The notes under the pieces: model-generated | What the model was told of the DNA's origin: nothing | Databases searched by the model: none | Seen by the model: only the letters and a program-made list of their open reading frames with translations | Shown here: one piece after another, positions 51,801 to 62,400 of the stretch | Layout of the letters: every line of letters starts with the position of its first letter | How positions within the stretch are numbered: the first letter of the stretch is position 1 | Source: Hypanus sabinus | Lineage: Eukaryota | Length of the DNA stretch: 64,000 bases | Assembly: GCF_030144855.1 (NCBI RefSeq) | Contig: NC_082711.1 | Span: forward strand, 118,296,001-118,360,000 | Direction: 5' to 3' | Made by a program: the position numbers and the translations under genes

Positions 51801-52790
51801 TCCCCCAGCCAAATTAGTTTAAACCCTCCTGAACAGCTGAATTAAATGTGCCTGCTAGAATATTGGACCCTTTTGGTTTCTGGTGTTACCTGTCCTTTTT
51901 GTACAGGTTGTACCTCCCCCAGAAGAGGCCCCAATGATCCAGGAATCTGAAGTTCTGCTCCCTACACCAGTCTTTTAGTCCCAAAATGATATGCCTGATC
52001 ATGCTATTCTTGCGCTCACTAGCAGGTGGCACGGGCAGCAATCCTGAGAGGACTACCCGGGAGGTCCCATTTTCAGCTTCCTACCGAACTCCATGAATTC
52101 TTTCTTCAGGGCCTCCTCCCATTTTTTTCACCAACGTGTACCAAGACTTCTGGCTGGTCACCCTCTTCCTTCAGAATACTCTGCACCTGATCCGAGACAT
52201 CCCATACCCTGGCATCTGGAAGGCAACACACCATGCGGCTAACTCTATCAGGCTGACAGAACCTCCTCTCTGTTCCCCTCACTATGGAATCCCCTATGAC
52301 TACCACATTTATCATCTTCCTCTTTCCCTTCTGCACCACGGAACCAGGCTCAGTCCCAGAGACCTGATCGCTGTGTTCATCCTCTGTCAGGTTATCTCCC
52401 TCAACCGCTTCCAAAACAAGGTAACAATTACTGAGGGGGATGGCCACAGCGGTGCCCTCTACTATCTGAGCTCTTTCCCTCGTTTCCCTGATGATCACCC
52501 ATTTATCTAACTCCTGCAGACTTGGGATGACTAACTCCCCGTAGCTCCTCTCTATCTCCTGTTCACTCTCCCTAATCAGCTGTAGGTCATCAAGCTGCAG
52601 ATCCAGATCCCTAACATGGTCTCTCAGGAGCTGCACCTGGTGCAGATGTGGCCACCTGGGAGACTGGAAGATTCCCAGGATTCCCATATCCAACAGCCTG
52701 AGCATGCCCTCCATGCAGTACTTCCCTGTCTTCCCTCTGCCTCAGTAAAGCAGCCACCATTGTCAGAGACCCCACCCATCTCAGACATTC
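48845..52790 (-). mobile_element. Near full-length CR1 LINE (ORF1 Zn finger, zipper and esterase; endonuclease; RT), decayed with small deletions
   Basis: WESSSLPGGHICTRC, VVVIGDSIVRG, LYLNAHSIKNK, AISESWL, VYLDFQKTFDKV, LVRPYLEY. Confidence 0.92.
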
Positions 52791-52832
52791 TCTCCCATCC
52801 ACCAGATGACTCAAAAACCTGAAGGCATTCAC

Positions 52833-52922
52833 CAGCAGGATCAAAACTGTTGGCAGATACAGTGGGGACAATTAAGAAACTGTAACACAGGCAGATGGAT
52901 GATAGAAAATTTAAGAGCAATG
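52833..52922 (-). CDS. Candidate signal-peptide exon 2 of the CD2/SLAM-like gene (90 bp, phase 1-1)
   Basis: Acceptor cctttgaacttccag and donor G/gtgaat; encodes LLNFLSSICLCYSFLIVPTVSANSFDPA (hydrophobic core, V-S-A cleavage-like site); in frame with the IgV exon. Confidence 0.55.
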
Positions 52923-53107
52923 CTGGAAGTTCAAAGGTCTATTGTATAGTCAAAGTATGCATGTAGAACACAACTCTGATTTTGCCTTCTCCAGATAGCC
53001 AAGGAATATTGAAAGATCATGAGTATGGATAAAAGAAAAGACATCAACTCCCCCATCCCCGGCACAAAAAAGAATCAAAACAGAATAGAGTTTATTTCAT
53101 TTCTTAC

Positions 53108-53123
53108 ATCTATCTCTCAACAT
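53108..53123 (-). CDS. Candidate start-codon mini-exon (ATG TTG AGA GAT AGA T)
   Basis: Followed by GTAAGA; a 185-bp intron joins it in frame to the 90-bp exon, giving MLRDRSLLNFL... Confidence 0.4.
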
Positions 53124-53129
53124 GAGGGA

Positions 53130-53450
53130 TTCAAAATCTTAATGTTGCATCTCCGTTGCCACATGTTGCCCAAACACTAAGATTGTGCATGTTATTGTTT
53201 TGTATACGTATTTACAATCAGATACAATGTCCAGTCAGATATACAATCAGATCAATGCGTATTGATAAATCTAATTGCCTGGTGAAAGAAGCTATCCCGG
53301 AGCCTGCTGTTCCTGGCCTTTTGCTGTGGTACCTCCATACGGAGGCAGCCAAAACAATTTGAGCTTGGGGTGGCTGGAGTCCCTGATTATCATCTGGGCC
53401 ATTTTTATGCACCTGCTGCTGGAAATGTCCTGAATAGAGGTGGAAAATGA
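53130..53450 (-). mobile_element. Rex1/Babar-type 3' fragment
   Basis: Reverse complement ...ggactccagccaccccaagctc...gctccgggatagcttctttcaccaggc... resembles the Rex-type 3' ends in the window. Confidence 0.6.
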
Positions 53451-53451
53451 C

Positions 53452-56400
53452 CCACTATAGACCTCACTGCTTCTGTAACAGTCCTCAGACCCTATTGACC
53501 TGCCTGTCTCTACAATCCTCTCCAAACCCCATAGACCTCCCTGTCTCTTTAATCTCCTCCAGACCCTATATTCTTCTCTCTCTAATCTCCTCGAACATAT
53601 ATAGTCCTCCCATTCTCTGTAATCCCCTCCAATACCTTTGGTTCTCCCTGCCTCTGCAACAGCCCCCAACCCCTCTAAAATTCCTTGTTACTGCGACGTC
53701 CTCCAAGCCTCATAGACCTCACTGCCCCTGTGATGGTCTCCAGACCCTGTAATCCTCCCTGTCTAACCCTAACCCTAACCACTATAGATCTCACTGTCTC
53801 TGTAACCCCCTCCAGGCCCAATTGACCCCCTCTATCTGTAAGCCTACAACCCCAGTAGGCCTTCCTGTCTCTGTAGCCCCCTCCAAGCTGCATCAACTTT
53901 GCTGTTTCTGAGATAGTCACCAGATTGTATAATCCTCCCAGTCTCTGGAACCCCACCTTTGTCCTTCCTGTCTCTGGAAACCCAAAAACCATTGTACAGT
54001 AAACCTCCCTGTGTCTGTAACCTTCCAGATCCCACAGACATCACTGTCTCTGAAACAGCCTCTGATCCTTTCAGACCCTCCTGTCAACGTAACCCCCTCC
54101 AACCACACTGGAGCTTCCTTTCCCTGTAACCCTCTCCAATTTCCATAGAGCTCCCCATTTCTGAGATAGTCTCCAAACCCCTCCAGGTCAAATAGACCAC
54201 CCTACATCTATAACACCCACCAAATGCTATAGACCTTCCTGCCTCTGGAAACCCACTCTGAGCTCCATAGACCTTCCTGTCTCTGAGACAGTCTCCAGAT
54301 TCTATAATCCTCCCTATCCCTGTAAACCCCTCCAGACCAGATACATCTTCATGTCTCTGTAAACCCCTCAAACCACCATCGACCCTCCTGTCTCTGTAAC
54401 TCCAGCAGACCATATAGACCTCTCAATCTCAGTAACCCACTCCATCCCCTATAGATCACTCTTTCTCTGTCACCTCCTCCAAGCCCTCACTTTCTGTGTA
54501 AGCCCCTCCAACCGCTATGGACCTCTCTCTGTAGCCCCCTCCAGAACATAAAGACACATCTGTCTCTGTAACCCACTCCAGTAACTGTTGCCTTTCCTGT
54601 CTCTGTAAACCCTTGCAGGCCCCATGGACCTCCCCAACTTTGTAACTTCCTCCATTCCCTTTACTGAATCCTGTCTCTGTAACCCCCTCCAACCTCTATA
54701 GAACTCACTGTCTCTATGACAACATTCAGACCATGGAGACCTTCCTCTGTAGCCCCAGTCCAACCCCGAAAGACCTCACTTTCTCTGTCACCCTCTCCGA
54801 GCCCTTTAAACCTCCCTGTCTGTGTAATTGACTGCAGACCCTACATTCCTTGCTGTGTCTGGAACCAGCTCCAAATCCTATTGACCCCACTGGCTCTGTA
54901 ACTCCCTCTAAACCCCTTTAGACTTCTCTATGTAACTGCTTCCAATCCCTACAGAATGCCCTGTCTCTGTAGCCCCCTCCAAAAACTATAGACCTCCCTG
55001 TCTCTGTAATCCCCTCGAACCCCTATATAGACCTATCCATCTCTGTAATCCATTCCACAACCTATAGAACTCCCTGTCTCTAATTCTCCTCCAACCACTA
55101 TAGATCTGCTTGTCTCTATAACCACCTTCAGACTCTATCAACCTCTCCGTCTCTGTAACAAACCACAATGCCAATTGAACTCCATGTCTCTGTAACCCCC
55201 TCCAGACCTTATCGACCCCTGTCTCCATAACAGTCTAGAATTCCAATAGACCTTCAGTTTCTGTAACCCCTCCAAACCCTCCATCTCTATAACACCCTGC
55301 ATATCCCTATAGATAATGATCTCCAAACCCAATAGACCTGCCTGTCTCTGTCACCCCCTCCATATCGCTATAGATAACAATCTCCAACCCCTACAGACCT
55401 CCCTGTCTCTGTAACCCCCTCCATATCTCTATAGATAACAATTTCCTACCCCTATAGACCTCCCTGTCTCATTAACCCCCTCCATATCCCTATAGATAAC
55501 AATTTCCAACCCCAATGGTCCTGCCTGTCTGTGTAACAACTTCCAGATTACATAGACCTGCCTGTCTGAGTAACCCCCCCTCCAACCTCCATGGACCTTC
55601 TCTCTCTGAAACCCTTCCACATCCCACAGACCCATAGTGAATGGTGACTCCTTTGCATTATTGGAAACAGCTTTATTTCTCAGTTTGATATCTCTTTTTT
55701 CCCCTTTCAAGGTTCCTTTGAAGACCCTGACCTGAAGATAAACTCTGACTTCGGATCTTTGTGGGAATGGGACCCACTCTCGGCCGCTTTTTGATATCCC
55801 AAGGATGCGCTCTGGAAGACTGGTTCAGCTTCAGGCTGCTGGATTTTCGTGCCTCTGGAGACGGGCTGATTCAAGGCTGACTGACATGTCGCGGGAGAAC
55901 ACGGAAGATCGGAAGCAGCGGGCTGTGTGTCCAGAGGTACAGAGCTCAGAAAAAAGCGAGACCACAGACTTTTAACACCATAAATCAGTGAGTTGTTTTG
56001 TAATGTCTCCCTTCTTGCTGTGAAATGGTGCCGAGTCTTTTTTCCCTTCTTCGGGAGAGAGGGAGTCTGTGGATTGTCAAATTACCGGGTGAGCGAGTAG
56101 TCTTTGGGGTACTGCAAGACTGTGTCTTTATTGATGCTTTGCTGCACACTTGAGTGCTTGGTGGAAAGTGTTGAAGTATTTTTGCTCCTGTGGGGGAAGT
56201 TGGGAGGGGCTTTGGTGTTCTAACATTTTAACTGTCTTTCATTCTTTGGGGCACTCCTTAGTTTTCCTGGATGTTTACAAAGAAAAAGAACTTCAGGATT
56301 TACATTGTATGCATTTCCCTGACATTAAATGTACCTATTGAATCCTCCCTATCTCTAACAGCCCTCCAACTCTTATTGAGCTGCCTGTCCGTGTAACGTC

Positions 56401-59400
56401 TTACCAGCTCCATAGATCTCCGTGATAGTCTCTGTGATAGTCTCCACAAACTATAACCCTCCCTGTCTCTGGAACCCCACCAGACGATACAGACCTCCCT
56501 GTCTCTGTAACAGACTCCAGACCCTATAGTCTTCGTCTCTGTAACAGCCTCCCTATCTTTATAATCTCATGCAGCTCCTTTAGATCTCTCTCTCCAACCT
56601 CTGTAGACCTCCCTTTCTCTGTGATGCCCTCCAACCATGAAAGACCTTCCTGCCTCTGTAATCCTCTGAAGATGCCACAGACCTCTCAATCTGTGTAATT
56701 GCCTCCAGACCATGTACACCTCCTTGTCTCTGTAACCCCCTCCAGACCAGAAAGGCATTCCTGTCTCAGTAACCCACCCCCCAAAACCTCTTGACCTTCC
56801 TGTCTCTGTAATAACCTGAAGACCCCATAGACATCCCTGTCTCTGTAATCCCCTCCAGCCCCTGTAGACATCCCTCTCTGACACCCCACTCTAATCTGTA
56901 TAAACCTCCCTGTCTCATACCCTACAGTTTCCAGACCCTACAGACCTCACTGTCTCTACAACAGCCTTTAGAACCGATAGTCCTCCCTGTCTCTGTAGCC
57001 ACATCAACCCCTATCAACCTCACCGTCTCCAGACCCCATAGATCTCCATGACCTTGTAACCCCCTCCAGATCATATAGATCTCCCTATCTGAGTAACCCA
57101 TTCCAACCACTATAGACCTTCCTGTCTCTGAATCCCCCTCCAGTCCACGTAGACCTCCCTGTCACTGTATACCCCTCCAAACCCCAGAATCTCCATCTCA
57201 GTAATCCCCTCTAGACCACATAGACCTCCCTGTCACTGTATACCCATCCAAACCACAGAATCTCCATCTCAGTAAACCCCTCCAGATCACGTAAACCTCC
57301 CTGTCACTGTAAACCCCACCAAACCTTATAGGCCTCCCTGGTTCTCCAACATACTCCAACCCCTGTAGACACCCCAGTCTCTGCAAGATCCATCCAAACA
57401 CTATAGACCCTCCTGTCACTGTAACAGGGGTCCTCCAACCCCTATGCTTCCAGCTCTGAACACCCCTCCAACCTCTATAGAACTTCCTGTTTCAGTGACC
57501 ATTTCCAGACCCAAGACATGTCCCTATAACCCCACTCCAACCCTGAAAGACCTCCCTTTCTCTGTCACCCTCTCCGAGCCCTTTAAACCTCCCTGTCTGT
57601 GTAACTGACTGCAGACCCGACATACCTTGCTGTGTCTGTAACCTGCTCCAAATCCTATTGACACCACTGGCTCTGTAACACCCTCCAAACCCCTTTAGAC
57701 CTCTATGTAACTCTTTCCAATCCCTACAGAATGTCCCCTCCAAAATCTATAGACCTCCCTGTCCATTTCCAGACTCAAGAGACGTCTCTGTCCCTACATC
57801 CCCTTTAGACTTTCCTCTCTGTAAACTCACTCCAACCCCCATTTCAGTAACAGTCCCTAGATCCGACAGACCCTCCCCTGTCTCTGTAACAGCCTCTAGA
57901 CCCTATGTAACTCCATGCGTCCGTAACCCCCTCCTCTATAGGAGTTCTATAGAACTCCTTGTCTGTGACACCCCTCCAACTCCTATAGATAATCCTAGCT
58001 CAGTGACAGTCCTCAGACCTGAGACCTCCTTGTCCCTATAACCCTAAACAAACCATTTAGACCTCCCTCTCTGTAATCTCCTTTAGACCTCCCTCTCTGT
58101 AATCTCCTTTAGACCTCCCTCTCTGTAATCTCCTTTAGACCTCCCCCTCTGTAATCTCCTTTAGACCTCCTCTTTAACCCCACTCCAACCCCTATAGGCC
58201 TTTATGTTTCTGAAAATCTCCAGATCCCCCTGACTTCCCTTTATCTATAACCCATCCAGCACTTTCAGACCTCCCTTTCTCTAAAGGGGTTGGAGGAGGC
58301 TTGTGGCTGGGATCCCAACATTTATAGGAATCCCAGTCTCTGTAGCCTCCTCCAACCCTTTTAGACCTCCCTGTTTCTGTCACCCCCTCCAACTTCTGTA
58401 GAAATTCCCTGTCTCTCTAATCCCATCAGACCACTATTGACCTCCATATCTCTACATACCCCTCCAACACCAAAAGACCTCCCTGTATCTGAAACAACCT
58501 CCAGATCATATAGAACTCCCTGTCTCTGTAACCACTTCCAAACCATATAGAAACACCTGTCTCTGTAAGTGCCTTCAACCACCATGGACCTTCCTATCTC
58601 TGGAAACTCCTCCAGACCCAATAGACCTCACTGTCTCTGAACAGCCTCCAACCTTTTCTACCTCCCTGTTTCTGTAACAGCCTTCAACCCCAAAAGACCT
58701 TCCTGTCTCTGCATCCCCCTCCAAGCTCCATAGGCTTTCCTGTCTCTGAGATAGTTTCCAGATCCTATAACCCTCCCTGTCTCTGGAACCCCACCAGACC
58801 ATATAGACCATAGTCTCGGCAAACCTCTCCATCCTCTGTTTCTAGAACTCCATTTGAACCCCTTTACGCCTTCCTCTCTGTAATCCCATCGTACAGACCA
58901 CCCTTTCCCTGTAAACCACTCCAACTCTATAGACCTCCCCTCTCTGTAACATCCCTTCAATCGCTATAGACTGAGAGTCTGTGAGTCTCTGGACTCTTTG
59001 GATTTCCCTTTCTCTATAAATCCCATCAACCCCTTTAAACCTCCTTGTCTCTGTAACAGCCTACAACCTCTTTAGAGCTCCCTATCGGTAACACCCTCCA
59101 AACCCTATAAACCCCCTCGTCCATGGAACCTCTCCAACCCCTATAGACCTTCCTGTCCTTGTAAGCACCTCCTATCTCTATAGACAACCCTATCTCAATA
59201 ACAGTCTACAACCTCCAATGCCTGTAGACCTCCCTGTCTCAGTAACCATCTACAATACCGACCCTATCGACATTCCTCTGTCCATAACAGTCTATAACTC
59301 CAATAGACCTCCCCAATTCTGTAATTCCCTCCAACCCCTTAAGTCCTCCATATGCCTGTAAACCCCTTCAACCCCAATAGACCTCTGTGTCACAATAACT

Positions 59401-59478
59401 CCCTCCAACCCTTATAGACTTCCCTGTCTCTGCAACATCCTCCAACCCCAGTAGATCTCCCTGTCAGTTTCCACACCC
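53452..59478. repeat. Satellite II: diverged ~37-bp tandem repeat, consensus about CCCTATAGACCTCCCTGTCTCTGTAACCCCCTCCAAC
   Basis: tagacctccctgtctctgtaacc recurs throughout; plus strand C-rich; ORFs here are low-complexity antisense readings. Confidence 0.93.
55640..56345 (+). mobile_element. Non-autonomous retroposon inserted in satellite II
   Basis: Non-satellite block ending ccctgacattaaatgtacctattga; the same tail occurs at ~38140-38195. Confidence 0.6.
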
Positions 59479-59479
59479 T

Positions 59480-62400
59480 ATAAGATCACAGATCACAAGA
59501 AAAAGGAGCAGAAGTAGGCCATTCAGCTCCGCCACTCCACCATGAGCTAAACTATTCTCCCATCGAGTTCCAATTTCTGGCTATTACCCCATATCCCTTG
59601 ATACCCTGACTAATTAGATACCTATCAATCTCCTCCTTAAACACCCTCAATGATCAGGCCTCCACAGCTATATCCTCTTGTCCTGGCTGTAGCCATATAT
59701 CCACAACCCTCTGGCTAAAAAAAAATATTTTCTCATCTCTGTTTTAAATGGGTACCCTCTAATTCTAAGACTGTGGCCTCTTGTCCTGGATTAACCCACC
59801 AAGGGAAACAGTCTTTCCACATTTACTCTGTCCAACACTTCCAACATTCGAAATGTTTCTATGAGATCCCCTCTTATTCTTCTATACTCTAATGAATACA
59901 GTCCAAGAGCCGACAAACACTCCTCATATGTAAGTCCCTGCATTCCAGCAATCATCCTCGTAAATCTTCTCTGAACTCTCTCCAACATCAGTATATCCCT
60001 TCTAAGATAAGGGGCCCAAAACTACACACTGTATTCCAAATGAGGTCTCACCAGTGCCGCATAGAGCCTCATCAACACCTCCTTACTCGTATACACTATT
60101 CCTCTTGAAATGAATGTCAACATAGCATTCGCTTTCCTCACTGCTGATCCAACCTGGTGGTTAACCCTTAGGGTATCCTGCACGAGGATCCCCAATTCCC
60201 TTCGCACTTCCGATTTTGAATTTTCTCTGTACACTTCTCAACATTGTATCTCATCTGCCATTCCTTTGCCCACTCTCATAAACTGACCAAGTCTCTCTGC
60301 AACCTTTCTATTTCTTCAACACTTCCTGCTCCTCCACATATCTTGGTGTCATCCACAAACTTAGCCACAAAACCATTTAATCCATAATCTAAGTCATCCA
60401 TATACAGTGTAAAAAGAAGCAGCCCCAACACTGAACCCTGGGGAACACCACTAGTAACCAGCAACCAGCCAGAGTAGGATCCCTTTATTTCCACCCTTTG
60501 CTTTCTGTGATCAGCCAAAGCTTCACCCATTCCAATATCTTGCCTGTAATTCCATGGGGTTGCAGCTTATTAAGCAGCCTCTTATGTGACACCTTATCGA
60601 AGGCCTTTTTGAAAATCCAAACAGACAACATCCACAGACTCTCCCTTGTCAATTTTATTTGAGATTACCTCAAAAAATTCCAATAGGTTGGTGAGGCAGG
60701 ATCTTCCCTTCATGAAACAATGCTGGACTCCATCTCCCGCTTAAGGACATGTAAGACTTAGTTGCGTCTTGTCCGCCTTTAATCTCTCCATTTTCCAATT
60801 TAAACTTTGAAATTTCAACTTTATTCAGTCGAATCTGTACAGCAATAGTTATAATTATGGCTACTTTGAAGAGCACCTGGCGGAATCCGGACCTGACTAA
60901 CGGAAAGTCTAAAAAAGCTGACGAGTTCTCGGAATAACCCTCTTGGGTTAAGAGATTAGAGTCTCGAATTAGCAGTATCGGCACTGAAATATCTCAACTA
61001 AAAGAGAAATTTGAAGAAAAAATTCACTCTCTGAGCCTCGATCTTAGTCGAAATGCAGATGACCTTTCTTCTCGTTTGGAAAAGGCTTAACAATGAATCG
61101 TGGATTTGGAAACGCGATCGCATCGGAATAATTTTTGAATTGTTGGATGAAACGAGAAATCAGAATCTGCTGACACACTGGATTATTTTGCTAAAAGGTT
61201 TCAGTCTTTATTTCCGGAGGTTTGTTCGCAACTCCCGGAGATTGAATCGTCTCACAGAACCGCTGCTTTAAAATCTTTGGATGCAGGTAAAAACAGACAT
61301 ATTGTTGTGCACTTTCTCCATTTTAGAGACAAGGACCGCATTATTAAACTTGCAAGAAAACAAAGATTATTTCAATTTCAAGGTTCAGAAGTTCACTTTT
61401 TTGAAGATTTCCCACACGAAATTGTTAAGAAACGTGCTGCATTTGCTTCTTCTATGAAACTAGCGTATAAAAAAAAGCCTTTTCCATCGTTACAGTACCC
61501 AGACAAATTAAGGCTTTTTGTTAAAAATTCTGGAGCTTGTATTTTTGATGATCCAGCCGAAGCACTGCGTTTTATTAACTCTTTGTCTGATGAGTCTGAA
61601 GCCTGAAGTTTGAATGATCTACAACACTTTGAATGTCTCGTGGTGTAAAGTGATGAAATTGGAAGATTTGATGGTTATAGAAAGTCTTTACCTTAAAATG
61701 TATTTTTATCTCTGAAAAAGACTGGTTTGGATGGTTTTAACCTCAGAAGACATAGCGGGAGAACTGTTGAAAGACTATAGATAATTCTGAACCATCTAGA
61801 ATTCTTTTTTCTGCAGCATTTAAATGAACCAACTGTTTTTCTTTTATTCTGTATGCTTTTGTAAAGTATTTTTAAGTAATTACTGGGATTTTTTTACGTA
61901 TTAAAGAAAGACTGGATAATTTAAAATTGGCGATTGTTTTTCTTTTGTGCAAATATTTCAATGACGACGAGTCTGAAGCCTGAAGTTTGAATGGTTTATA
62001 ATGGCTTGAGTGTCTCGCAGTGTAAAGACTGATAAGATTGGAAGCTTTTAAATGAATTAATTGTTTTTTTTAATAATCCGTATGCTTTAGTGAAGATCTT
62101 TTAAGTAATTATTTGGATTTCCTTGTGTTTTAAAGATAGATTGGACAATTTAAAGATGGCGATTGTTTTTCTTTTGTGCAAATATTTCAAGAATATTATG
62201 AAGGTTACTCTCAAATTGAAGGTCGTTTTGTTTTACAAAAAAAGACCACTATCCTTCCAAGTTAATTATATTGAGATATACTTCGATTGTAATGAGATTT
62301 ATGTTCAGTAGAGGGAGACAGAGATGACTTTTTAAAAATGTTTTTTATTACTTAGGTGGGCGGAGCTGTATCTGCATCTATGCTTTCCTTGGGGATTGCG

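Noticed and set aside
53292-58960. Gly/Arg/Glu-rich minus-strand ORFs
   Set aside because: Antisense readings of satellite II with no domain content.
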